Assembly (NCBI RefSeq): GCF_001457595.1
Contig: NZ_LN831039.1
Span: 3,180,001 to 3,212,000 of the forward strand
DNA length: 32,000 nt
Source of the DNA: Mycolicibacterium smegmatis
GTDB taxonomy: Bacteria > Actinomycetota > Actinomycetes > Mycobacteriales > Mycobacteriaceae
Direction of reading: 5' to 3'
Position 1 is the first letter of the stretch. Each line of letters opens with the position of its first letter. This document shows, in pieces, positions 12,002 through 20,774 of the stretch. Below the pieces are notes generated by a model, which ran no database searches, was not told the DNA's origin, and saw only the letters and a list, made by a program, of their open reading frames with translations. The translations under genes were made by a program, and so were the position numbers.

Positions 12002-12997
12002 GTGATGTCGATCTACACCGAAGACCTCACGAAGTTCTACGGAACGACGCGAGCCCTTGAAGGCGTGTCGATCTCCGTCGACCAAGGGGAGATTCTCGGT
12101 GTCGTGGGCAGCAGCGGATCGGGCAAGAGCACGCTCGTCCGCAACATCGCGCTGCTCGAACGCCCCACGCGCGGCCGCGTCGTGCTCGACGGGCAGGACC
12201 TGACCGCGCTGTCGGAGAAGGAACTGCGCGGCGCACGCCGCCGGCTGGGCAACGTCTTCCAGTCGGCGAACCTGCTCGACAACCGCACCGCGCGCGCCAA
12301 CATCGAGTACCCCCTGGAGATCGCGGGCTGGGACCGCAAGAAGCGGTGGTACCGCGCGCAGGAGCTGCTCGAGCTCGTCGGGCTGCCGGGCCGGGGCGAC
12401 GCCTACCCCGCGCAGCTGTCCGGAGGGCAACAACAACGCGTGGGCATCGCCCGCGCGCTCGCGGCGCATCCCACCGTGATCCTGGCCGACGAACCCACCA
12501 GCGCGCTGGATCCGACGACCACGCAGGAGATCCTCACGCTGCTGACCAATCTGCGCGACGAACTCGACGTCACCGTGCTGTTGATCACCCACGATTTGTC
12601 GATCGTGCGGCAGATCGCCGACCGCGTCACCGTGCTGTCCGAGGGCCGCGTCGTCGCCCAGGGCTCGCTGGCCGACGTGGCCGGTGATCCCGCGTCGGGT
12701 CTGCTGCCACCCCTGAGTGATCCACCGCCGCCCACCGACGACGAACTGATCCTCAACGTGCACGCGGGCGCCGACGCCTCGGGCGCGTTCATCGGCGCGC
12801 TGGTGCGTGAGCTCAACACCGATGTGCGCATCCTCGACGGCGAGGTGCTGCGCCTCGGCGGCCAGTCGGTGTCGCAGTTCCAACTTGCGCTCACCGGCAT
12901 CGACCACTCGGCGGCCGACCGGGCCGAGGAATACGTGCGGTGGTTCGAGCGCAACGGCTTGACCGCCGTGCGCGTGGGCGAACGGAGCCTGGTGTGA
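12002..12997 (+). CDS. metN: Methionine ABC importer, ATP-binding subunit with C-terminal NIL domain
   Basis: Walker A GSSGSGKST, signature LSGGQQQRV, Walker B ILADEPTSALD. C-terminal NIL-like regulatory domain. Start is GTG 12002 or ATG 12005, after the SD AGGTGAG. Confidence 0.9.
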   Translation: MMSIYTEDLTKFYGTTRALEGVSISVDQGEILGVVGSSGSGKSTLVRNIALLERPTRGRVVLDGQDLTALSEKELRGARRRLGNVFQSANLLDNRTARANIEYPLEIAGWDRKKRWYRAQELLELVGLPGRGDAYPAQLSGGQQQRVGIARALAAHPTVILADEPTSALDPTTTQEILTLLTNLRDELDVTVLLITHDLSIVRQIADRVTVLSEGRVVAQGSLADVAGDPASGLLPPLSDPPPPTDDELILNVHAGADASGAFIGALVRELNTDVRILDGEVLRLGGQSVSQFQLALTGIDHSAADRAEEYVRWFERNGLTAVRVGERSLV

Positions 12998-13734
12998 ACG
13001 CATTCACCGAGTGGCTCGACGATTCGATCCTGTTCACCACCGACGCGGTGCCGGTGGCCGTCGGCCAGACCCTGCAACTGGTCTTCGTGCCGTTCTTCTT
13101 CGTGGTGCTGCTCGGCATCCCGCTGGGCGTACTGCTCTATGTCACCGCACCGGGCGGCCTGGCCCCGATCCGCTGGCTCAACAGCTCGCTGGGCGTGGTG
13201 GTCAACGTCACGCGCTCGCTGCCGTTTCTGGTGCTGGTGATCGCGCTGTGGCCGCTGGGCCGGCTGTTGGTCGGCTCGAGTCTGGGCACCGTCGCCGCGA
13301 TGGTGCCACTGACCATCGGCACCATCCCGTTTCTCGCGCGGCTGGTGGAATCGTCGCTGCGCGAAGTCGATTCGGGCAAGATTGACGCGGCCCGCGTGGT
13401 CGGCGCCACACGCTGGCAGATCATCACGAAAACACTTCTGCCCGAGGCGATCAGCGGGATCATCGCCGGGCTGACCATCACGATCATTGCGTTGCTGGGC
13501 TTCTCGGCGCTGGCGGGCGTGATCGGTGGCGGCGGCCTGGGCGACCTGGCGATCCGGTACGGCGCCCGTTCGTACGACGGCCCGGTCCTGTGGTCGACGG
13601 TGCTGCTGCTCATCGTGTTCGCGCAGATCTTCCAGGTCGTCGGCGACTACTTCGCTCGCAAGACCGATCACCGCGCGCGCCGATCCGCAGGCGGCGCGGG
13701 CGACGCCGGTGAGGCCCAGCGCCTCTCGGCATGA
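12994..13734 (+). CDS. metI: Methionine ABC importer permease
   Basis: The GTG at 12994 overlaps the metN stop (GTGA). Multi-pass membrane protein with a MetI-type EAA-like loop region. About 246 aa with a charged C-terminal tail. Confidence 0.85.
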   Translation: MNAFTEWLDDSILFTTDAVPVAVGQTLQLVFVPFFFVVLLGIPLGVLLYVTAPGGLAPIRWLNSSLGVVVNVTRSLPFLVLVIALWPLGRLLVGSSLGTVAAMVPLTIGTIPFLARLVESSLREVDSGKIDAARVVGATRWQIITKTLLPEAISGIIAGLTITIIALLGFSALAGVIGGGGLGDLAIRYGARSYDGPVLWSTVLLLIVFAQIFQVVGDYFARKTDHRARRSAGGAGDAGEAQRLSA

Positions 13735-13778
13735 CTTTCTGCCCCTCCCATCACAACTGACAGGAACGGAAAACAAAC

Positions 13779-14618
13779 ATGTCCACACCCGAGAACATCG
13801 ACGGCCCACCCAGATCGAAGACACCGCTGTACGCGGGCATCGCGGCCGTCGTCGTGGTGGTCCTCGTCGTCGCCGGGTTCTTGTGGCTGCGCGGATCCGG
13901 TGAGAAGAAACTCACGGTCGCCGCGACGCAGGTGCCGCACGCCGAGATCCTCGAGTTCATCAAGAACGGCCAGGCCAAGGACGCCGGACTGGACTTCGAC
14001 ATCCGCGTGTTCGACGACTACTCGCTGGGCAACCGCTGGCTGGCCGAGGGCGACATCGACGCCAACTACTTCCAGCACAAGCCCTACCTCGACGAGCAGG
14101 TCGCCGACTTCGGCTACCAGTTGCACGCCTTCCCGGGCGTGCACATCGAGCCCTACGCCGCGTTCTCCGAGAAGTACCGCAGCGCAAACGATCTCCCGGA
14201 CGGCGCCAAGATCAGCATCACCGACGACGGCTCGAACCAGGCTCGTGCCCTGGCTCTGCTGGCCTCCAAACACCTCGTCACGCTGCCCACCGACGGGCCC
14301 GTGAACGTGCACACCATCGGCAACCCGAAAAACCTGCAGTTCATCGAGGCCGCACCGGATCTGCAGGCCAAGGCAGTTCCGGACGTCGACCTGGCGATCC
14401 TCAACGGCAACTACTTCCTCGACGCCGGATACACACTCAAGGACGCGTTGATCGTCGAATCGCTGGAGAACAACCAGTACGCGAACTTCCTGGTGAGCCG
14501 TGAGGACAACCAGGACGATCCCGACATCGTCAAGCTCAACGAGCTGCTGCACAGCGACGCCACGCGCGACTTCATCAAGGAGCGCTGGCCCGGCGGAGAC
14601 GTCTCGCCGGCGTTCTGA
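13779..14618 (+). CDS. metQ: Methionine-binding protein, NlpA/MetQ family
   Basis: 279 aa. N-terminal hydrophobic anchor, then a MetQ-like body (LTVAATQVPHAEILEF..., NYFQHKPYLDE). Completes the metNIQ order. Confidence 0.85.
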   Translation: MSTPENIDGPPRSKTPLYAGIAAVVVVVLVVAGFLWLRGSGEKKLTVAATQVPHAEILEFIKNGQAKDAGLDFDIRVFDDYSLGNRWLAEGDIDANYFQHKPYLDEQVADFGYQLHAFPGVHIEPYAAFSEKYRSANDLPDGAKISITDDGSNQARALALLASKHLVTLPTDGPVNVHTIGNPKNLQFIEAAPDLQAKAVPDVDLAILNGNYFLDAGYTLKDALIVESLENNQYANFLVSREDNQDDPDIVKLNELLHSDATRDFIKERWPGGDVSPAF

Positions 14619-14640
14619 TTCTCGGCGACAGCCGCCAAAG

Positions 14641-14685
14641 CGACGAAATCGTCGCAATCCCAACCGGATTGCGACGATTTCGTCG
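14641..14685. terminator. Bidirectional terminator between convergent metQ and the esterase gene
   Basis: Perfect 20-bp inverted repeat CGACGAAATCGTCGCAATCC (14641-14660) / GGATTGCGACGATTTCGTCG (14666-14685) with a 5-nt loop. Confidence 0.75.
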
Positions 14686-14694
14686 TTCTCGGGA

Positions 14695-15642
14695 CTAGCT
14701 GTGCAGCGCCTCGCGAAGTGCGGCGAGGCCACGGTCGAACGCCTCGGTGGCGGCGGGCACCACACCCGAGTAGCCGAGGTAGCCGTGCACCAGCGTGTCG
14801 GCGTTGTCCAACTGCACCGGAACCCCGGCCGCGGCCAGCAAGTCGCCGTAGTGCACACCGTCATCACGCAGCGGATCGTGACCGGCCACCGCGATGTAGG
14901 CGGGCGCCAGACCCGACAGGTCGTCGTGGCGCGCGGGCACCAGCGTGGCAGGCGGATCGGTCAGGTCGACATGACCGGCGTACCAGGCCGAGAAGCCCTT
15001 GACGGCATCGATCGCGAGGACCGGGGCGTCGGCGTTCTCGGCGAACGACGGCAGCGACGTGTCCCACGTGGTGGCCGGGTACCACAGCAGCTGCATCCGT
15101 AGCGCCGGCGCGCCCGCGTCACGCGCGAGCTGCGCGACCACGGCGGCGAGGTTGCCGCCCGCGGAGTCGCCGGCCACCGCGAGCCGCTCGGCGTCGCCAC
15201 CGAGCTCCTCGGCATGCGCGGCGACCCACTGCGTGGCGGCCCACACGTCGTCGACCGCCGCGGGGTACGGATGCTCGGGCGCGAGCCGGTAGTCCACGGA
15301 CACCACGACCGCCTCGGCGCCCGCGGCGTGGCGCCGCGCGGTGGCGTCGTAGCTGTCCAGGTCGCCGACCGACCAGCCGCCGCCGTGAAAAAACAGCACG
15401 ACCGGCAGTTTCACGCCTTCGGCGGTCGGCGGACGGTAGACCCGGACGCCGATGGGGCCGGCCGGGCCTTCGATCGTGCGGTCGTGCACGCTCAGCTCGG
15501 GATGGATCTCCGCGCGCGGCAGTTCGCTGAATTTGCGGCGCGCCTCCTCGACACCATCGGCGGTGGACAGTTGGAACGGCACAAGCTCCAGTACCTTCTG
15601 CAGAATGGCATCGAGGGCCGGTTTCTCGTCAGCAACAGACAC
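14695..15642 (-). CDS. Alpha/beta-hydrolase, hormone-sensitive-lipase family carboxylesterase (LipH/NlhH-like)
   Basis: 315 aa, GTG start. Oxyanion motif HGGGW, nucleophile elbow GDSAGG, C-terminal catalytic His (LVHGY). Confidence 0.9.
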   Translation of the reverse strand: MSVADEKPALDAILQKVLELVPFQLSTADGVEEARRKFSELPRAEIHPELSVHDRTIEGPAGPIGVRVYRPPTAEGVKLPVVLFFHGGGWSVGDLDSYDATARRHAAGAEAVVVSVDYRLAPEHPYPAAVDDVWAATQWVAAHAEELGGDAERLAVAGDSAGGNLAAVVAQLARDAGAPALRMQLLWYPATTWDTSLPSFAENADAPVLAIDAVKGFSAWYAGHVDLTDPPATLVPARHDDLSGLAPAYIAVAGHDPLRDDGVHYGDLLAAAGVPVQLDNADTLVHGYLGYSGVVPAATEAFDRGLAALREALHS

Positions 15643-15676
15643 ACCGACACGGTACGCACACCGCGCGACGTCGTGG

Positions 15677-16348
15677 TTGTGGGGCGCCGCGGCCGTCGTC
15701 GGTGCAGGTTACGGCGTCTTTCTCATCGTCACGGCCCTACGGCTGCCCGCGGGCGCCGCGCTCACCGGCCAGTTCGCCGCGCAGCCCGCGGTCAAGGCGC
15801 TCGCCGCGGTCCTGCTGGCCGCCGCCGCATGCACCCACCCGATCCGGCGCGAGCGCCGCTGGCTGGTCGCCGCGCTGCTGTTCTCGGCCGTGGGCGACTT
15901 CCTGCTGGCCATCCCGTGGTGGGAGCCGTCGTTCGTCGGGGGTCTCGCGGCCTTCCTCGTGGCGCACCTGTGCTTCCTGGCCGCGCTGCTGCCGTTGGCG
16001 CGCCGCACCCCGGGCCGCCTGACCGCCGTGGCCGTCACGGTCGTCGCGTGCCTGGCGTTGTTGGCCTGGTTCTGGCCGCGGCTCGTCGAACAGGGCATGG
16101 CCGTGCCGGTCACCGCCTACATCGCGGTGCTGGGCGCCATGGTGTGTGCGGCGCTGCTGGCCGGGCTGCCGACGCCGTGGACGGCCGCGGGCGCGGTGTG
16201 CTTCGCAGTGAGCGACGCGATGATCGGCATGAGCGAGTTCGTGCGTGGTGATCAACTGCTGGCCGTACCGATCTGGTGGGCGTACGCGGCGTCGCTGCTG
16301 CTGATCACCGCGGGCCTGTTCACGAAACGCGGGACACCTGCGCAGTGA
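15677..16348 (+). CDS. YhhN-family integral membrane protein (lysoplasmalogenase-like, Rv1401-like position)
   Basis: Polytopic membrane protein with the two YhhN acidic motifs SAVGDFLL and FAVSDAMIG. The only in-frame start near the first helix is TTG 15677, so the start is uncertain. Its stop overlaps the priA GTG. Confidence 0.7.
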   Translation: MWGAAAVVGAGYGVFLIVTALRLPAGAALTGQFAAQPAVKALAAVLLAAAACTHPIRRERRWLVAALLFSAVGDFLLAIPWWEPSFVGGLAAFLVAHLCFLAALLPLARRTPGRLTAVAVTVVACLALLAWFWPRLVEQGMAVPVTAYIAVLGAMVCAALLAGLPTPWTAAGAVCFAVSDAMIGMSEFVRGDQLLAVPIWWAYAASLLLITAGLFTKRGTPAQ

Positions 16349-18345
16349 CCCTCACCCGGCGTGCAGCAGAACACGAACCGATCGCCCGGGTACTGCCCAT
16401 GCTGTCGGTTCCACATCTGGACCGCGAGTTCGACTACCTGGTGTCGGAGGAACTGTCCGACAACGCCCAGCCCGGTGTGCGGGCCAAGGTGCGGTTCCAC
16501 GGCAGGCTGGTCGACGCGTTCATCCTCGAACGCCGCTCCGACACCGACCACGAGGGCAGGCTCGGCTGGCTCGACAAGGTGGTCTCACCGGAACCCGTGC
16601 TGACCACCGATGTGCGGCGCCTGGTCGACGCGGTGGCCGCGCGGTACGCGGGCACGCGTCCCGACGTGCTGCGCTTGGCGATCCCGCCACGCCACGCCAC
16701 CGTCGAGAAACAGACGCCCGCCGAGCCCGAACCGGTCCCCGCGATCGACATCGACAGCAGCGGCTGGGCCCGGTATGCGCGCGGCGAACAGTTCCTCACC
16801 GCGCTCGGTGAGGGACGCGCCGCGCGCGCCGTGTGGCAGGCGCTGCCCGGCGAGCAGTGGCCGCAACGGCTGGCCGAGGCGGCCGCGGCGACGGTCAACG
16901 CGGGCCAGGGCGTGCTGGCGATCATGCCCGACCAGCGCGATGTCGACGCCCTGCACGCGGCCGTCACCGCCCACGTCCCCGAGTCACGCGTGGTGGCGCT
17001 GTCGGCGGGGCTCGGGCCCTCGGCGCGGTACCGCCGCTGGCTCGCGGCGCTGCGCGGCCACGCGCGGGTGGTGATCGGAACCCGCAGCGCGGTTTTCGCG
17101 CCGGTGGCCGATCTGGGCCTGATCCTGGTGTGGGACGACGGCGACGACAACCTCGCCGAACCGCGTGCCCCGTATCCGCACGCACGTGAGGTCGCCATGC
17201 TGCGTGCCCACCAATTGCGTTGTGCGGCAGTCATCGGCGGCTATGCGCGCACCGCGGAGGCCCACGCGCTGGTGCGGACGCGGTGGGCACACGACCTGGT
17301 GGCGACCCGGTCGGTGGTGCGCAGCGTCGCGCCGCGCGTCGTCGCGTTGGAGGAGAGCAGGTATCAGCAGGAGCGGGACCCGGCCGCGCACAGCGCACGA
17401 CTGCCCTCGATGGCGCTGCAGGCCGCGCGCACGGCGCTGGACGCCGACCGCCCGGTGCTCATCCAGGTGCCGCGGCGCGGGTATGTGCCCGCACTCGCGT
17501 GCGCACGGTGCCGCACCGTGACCCGGTGCAGGCACTGCACCGGCCCGCTCGCGCTGCCCGATCGCGACAGCGCCGCCGCCCAGTGCCGCTGGTGCGGGCG
17601 GGCCGAACCCGCGTTGCGCTGTGCGCGTTGTGGTTCCGACGCGGTACGCGCGGTCGTGGTCGGGGCCCGCCGCACCGCCGAGGAACTCGGGCGCGCGTTC
17701 CCCGGCACACCGGTGATCACCTCGGGCGGTGACACCGTGGTGTCCGACGTACGGGGGACACGTGCACTCGTGGTGTCGACCCCGGGCGCCGAACCCGCCG
17801 CCGACGGCGGTTACGGCGCGGCGCTTCTGCTCGACGCGTGGGCGCTGCTGGGCAGACAGGACCTGCGCGCCGCCGAGGACACGCTGCGGCGGTGGATGGC
17901 GGCCGCGGCGCTCGTGCGGCCCCGCGCCGACGGCGGTGTGGTCGCGGTGGTAGCCGAATCGGTGCTGCCGACCGTGCAGGCGCTCATCCGCTGGGATCCC
18001 GTGGGCCACGCCGACGCCGAGCTCGACAGCCGCGGTGAGGTGGGACTGCCGCCCGCGGTACACATGGCCGCGGTGGACGGCACCCCGAAAGCCGTGACGG
18101 CGCTGCTGGACCACGCCCTGTTGCCCGAGGGGGCCGAGCGGTTGGGTCCGGTCGACCTGCCGTTCGGTGCCCGCAGGCCACCCGGTCTCGACGCCGATGC
18201 CGAGGTCAGTCGCATGCTCGTACGCGTGCCCCGCGCGGGCGGCCTGGCGCTCGCGGCCGCGCTGCGGCGCGCGACCGCGGTGCTAAGCGCACGCCACGAC
18301 CAGGAGCCATCTCGCGTCCAGATCGACCCTTTGCACATAGGGTGA
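16345..18345 (+). CDS. priA: Primosomal protein N' (PriA), with degenerate helicase motifs
   Basis: The GTG at 16345 overlaps the upstream stop (GTGA). 666 aa. N-terminal PriA 3'-DNA-binding region ([14 protein letters not shown]). Cys-rich zinc region [17 protein letters not shown]...CRWCG...CARCGS. Conserved IGTRSAVF block. Confidence 0.9.
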   Translation: MTLTRRAAEHEPIARVLPMLSVPHLDREFDYLVSEELSDNAQPGVRAKVRFHGRLVDAFILERRSDTDHEGRLGWLDKVVSPEPVLTTDVRRLVDAVAARYAGTRPDVLRLAIPPRHATVEKQTPAEPEPVPAIDIDSSGWARYARGEQFLTALGEGRAARAVWQALPGEQWPQRLAEAAAATVNAGQGVLAIMPDQRDVDALHAAVTAHVPESRVVALSAGLGPSARYRRWLAALRGHARVVIGTRSAVFAPVADLGLILVWDDGDDNLAEPRAPYPHAREVAMLRAHQLRCAAVIGGYARTAEAHALVRTRWAHDLVATRSVVRSVAPRVVALEESRYQQERDPAAHSARLPSMALQAARTALDADRPVLIQVPRRGYVPALACARCRTVTRCRHCTGPLALPDRDSAAAQCRWCGRAEPALRCARCGSDAVRAVVVGARRTAEELGRAFPGTPVITSGGDTVVSDVRGTRALVVSTPGAEPAADGGYGAALLLDAWALLGRQDLRAAEDTLRRWMAAAALVRPRADGGVVAVVAESVLPTVQALIRWDPVGHADAELDSRGEVGLPPAVHMAAVDGTPKAVTALLDHALLPEGAERLGPVDLPFGARRPPGLDADAEVSRMLVRVPRAGGLALAAALRRATAVLSARHDQEPSRVQIDPLHIG

Positions 18346-18348
18346 TCT

Positions 18349-18368
18349 GCACGCTCCGCGTGCGGAGC
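18349..18368 (+). terminator. Small alternative hairpins just after the priA stop
   Basis: GCACGC-TCC-GCGTGC (18349-18363), or GCTCC-GCGTGC-GGAGC (18353-18368). Weak. Confidence 0.3.
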
Positions 18369-18405
18369 TGAACGGCGAACCACTTGGCTCGAACAGGAGG
18401 CTGGT

Positions 18406-20214
18406 GTGCGACGGGTCGTGGCGTGGACGTTCACCTTGGCGCTCATCGTGTTCGGTCTGCTGTGGCCGGTGATCTTCGCAGGCGGGGGCGGCGACGCGGC
18501 AAACGTCGACGACCCGGTGGTGATCACCGACTACCGTGCCCAGTTCAGCATCGACGCCGACGGCGAGATGAAGGCCGTCGAGACCATCACCGCGGACTTC
18601 CCGAGCGGCCGGCACGGCATCTTCCGGTACTGGGATGTGGCCAATCCCAACAACCCCCATGTGCGGCAGATCCCCGAGATCACCTCGATCGACCTCGACG
18701 GCAGGCCCGCCCCGTACGAGATGCAGTGGGCCGACAACCAGCGCTTCCGCATCGCCAAGATCGGTGACCCGGACTCCACGCTGTCCTACGGCACCCACGT
18801 GTTCGAGATCGCCTACACCGTGCCCGGTGTCCTCGACCCGGGCAGTGTCGGCGCCGATCGCCGCTTCGCGGCCGAATCGGGCGATCCGCAGGCGCCAACC
18901 ACGTTCTACTGGAATGTGATCGCCTCGGCGTGGAACAACTTCATCCGGCACGCCGACATCACCGTGGCGCTGCCCGCCGACGCCACGGGAGCCCAGTGCA
19001 GCGTCGGATACGGCGTCGGCACCCCGTGTGATCTCACGGTGTCCGGCAACACCGTGCGCCTCCAGGCGGACAACCTCGAGCCCAGAACCCCGGTCACCCT
19101 GCGTGCCGGGGTCGACGTGCCCACACCGGCACAGGCCGAGCTGCCGTGGCCCTACACCTGGGACCCGGTGCTGGGGCGGTCGGTTCCGCGCGTGGTCACC
19201 ACCGGCGTCCTGACGGTCCTCGCCGCGTTGGGAGCGCTGATGTGGCTGCGGACCACCATCGAGCCGTCACCGGGATTCCCGGTGCAGTACGCACCGCCCG
19301 ACGGACTCGGGCCGGTGCAACTGGAGTTCATCCGCACCGAGGCGGTGCCGTCGAACGGGCTCACCGCAACGCTGTTCCATCTCGCCGACCGCGGCCTGAT
19401 CTCGCTGCGTCAGGAGAGCGAAACCCGCTGGAGCATCCGGGGCATGGCAGCGCCGGCAGCATGGGCCGATGCCGACGAGGTCGGGATCGCGGTGGGGGCC
19501 GCGCTCAAGGTGATGAGCCCGGGCGCGACGTTCCGCGCAGACGGATCGGTCACCGCGGGCAAGAAGCTCAACCGGGCCAAGACCGACATGGCGGACGCGG
19601 TCAAGAAGTGGGCGTTCGACGGCGGGCTCATGGTCCGCCGCCGCAAGGAACTGTGGCTGCGCGTGGCCAATCTGTTCGCGTTCATCGCGGCGCTGGCCGG
19701 TTTCTGCCTGTGGTTCGGTAGCTCGGCCACGATGGTGGGGCTGCCGTTCGCGGCGTTCTTCGCGTTCTCCGTGGGATGCTGGCCGGCCGGGCTGGGCACG
19801 CGCCGCACCCCGGCAGGGCGCGAATTATGGTCGCGCGCAGGAGGATTTCATCGCCTGCTGTCGACGGATTCGGCCGAGACCCGGTTCGACTTCGCCGCGC
19901 GCAAGGACCTCTACGTCGCCTACATCCCGTTCGCGGTCGCGGCGGGAACCGCGGCGCTGTGGGCCAAGAAGTACCAGGCGTCGGTGGGTGAGATTGCCCC
20001 GCAACCGGATTGGTATCACTCGTCGTCCGACGGCGGGTGGAAGTTCTCCGACGGGGGCGGCGGCACGAGCTTCGACAGTTTCGAGTCGGCGCTATCGTCG
20101 TCGATAAGCGCATACACCGCGTCGCAGTCGTCGTCCTCGTCCTCGTCGGGCGGCGGCGGGTCCAGCGGCGGTGGTGGCGGTGGCGGCGGCGGGGGAGGAG
20201 GCGGTTCGTGGTGA
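18406..20214 (+). CDS. DUF2207-type polytopic membrane protein with Ser/Gly-rich C-terminal tail
   Basis: 602 aa. GTG after the SD CAGGAGG (18394-18400). N-terminal anchor, ~230-aa presumably extracytoplasmic domain, further TM helices, and a terminal SSSSSSSGGGGSSGGGGGGGGGGGGGSW tail, which I recall as characteristic of DUF2207 proteins. Confidence 0.8.
   Translation: MRRVVAWTFTLALIVFGLLWPVIFAGGGGDAANVDDPVVITDYRAQFSIDADGEMKAVETITADFPSGRHGIFRYWDVANPNNPHVRQIPEITSIDLDGRPAPYEMQWADNQRFRIAKIGDPDSTLSYGTHVFEIAYTVPGVLDPGSVGADRRFAAESGDPQAPTTFYWNVIASAWNNFIRHADITVALPADATGAQCSVGYGVGTPCDLTVSGNTVRLQADNLEPRTPVTLRAGVDVPTPAQAELPWPYTWDPVLGRSVPRVVTTGVLTVLAALGALMWLRTTIEPSPGFPVQYAPPDGLGPVQLEFIRTEAVPSNGLTATLFHLADRGLISLRQESETRWSIRGMAAPAAWADADEVGIAVGAALKVMSPGATFRADGSVTAGKKLNRAKTDMADAVKKWAFDGGLMVRRRKELWLRVANLFAFIAALAGFCLWFGSSATMVGLPFAAFFAFSVGCWPAGLGTRRTPAGRELWSRAGGFHRLLSTDSAETRFDFAARKDLYVAYIPFAVAAGTAALWAKKYQASVGEIAPQPDWYHSSSDGGWKFSDGGGGTSFDSFESALSSSISAYTASQSSSSSSSGGGGSSGGGGGGGGGGGGGSW
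20122..20208 (+). repeat. Low-complexity TCN/GGN codon tract encoding the Ser/Gly tail
   Basis: tcg cag tcg tcg tcc tcg tcc tcg tcg, then 4 GGN codons, tcc agc, then 13 GGN codons, tcg. Read directly. Confidence 0.9.
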
Positions 20215-20744
20215 CCGTGTTGTTGGTCGTGGTGCTGCTGTCGGCGGTGGCGGTGCTCATCGGTTTCGTCTCTGGGTACAACAAGCTGCGCGCTGCCGAC
20301 GTGCACGTGGCCGAGGCGCTCAGCGGTATCGACGTCGAACTCACCAGGCGGGCCTCGCTGATCCCCAGCCTGGTGCACACCGTGCAGACGTTCGCCGCCC
20401 ACGAGCAGGCGATCCTCAACCAGGTCACCTCGGCCCGCGCGGCGCTGGCCGCCGCGACCACGGGCACCTCGGTCGCCCAGCGCAGCGCCGCAGAACGCCA
20501 ACTCGACACCGCGATCGCCGGTGTGCTGTCGCTCGGCTCGTCCTATCCGCAACTGAACTCGTCGAACAACTTCCTGCACCTGCAGCAGAACCTCGCCGAC
20601 ACCGAGGACAAGCTCGCGTTCGCGCGTCAGTACTACAACGACGCCGTGGCCACCCTCAACCGCATGGTGGGCAGCATCCCCTGGATGTACGTGGCGTCGG
20701 TGGCCGGGGTGTCCGAGCGCGAGTACTACCAGACACCACGGTGA
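20211..20744 (+). CDS. lemA: LemA-family membrane protein
   Basis: The GTG at 20211 overlaps the DUF2207 stop (GTGA) and follows the SD GGGGGAGGAGG. 177 aa. One N-terminal TM, then LemA-type helical repeats (YNKLRAADVHVAEALSGIDVELTRRASLIP..., FARQYYNDAV). Confidence 0.85.
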   Translation: MTVLLVVVLLSAVAVLIGFVSGYNKLRAADVHVAEALSGIDVELTRRASLIPSLVHTVQTFAAHEQAILNQVTSARAALAAATTGTSVAQRSAAERQLDTAIAGVLSLGSSYPQLNSSNNFLHLQQNLADTEDKLAFARQYYNDAVATLNRMVGSIPWMYVASVAGVSEREYYQTPR

Positions 20745-20762
20745 GACGGTGCACGGCTTCCC

Positions 20763-20768
20763 TAGACT
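20763..20768 (+). promoter_or_regulatory. Candidate -10 hexamer TAGACT, 6 nt upstream of the fmt GTG (leaderless transcript)
   Basis: TAGACT-ggcgca-GTG. Fits TANNNT. No SD between the hexamer and the start. Confidence 0.4.
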
Positions 20769-20774
20769 GGCGCA

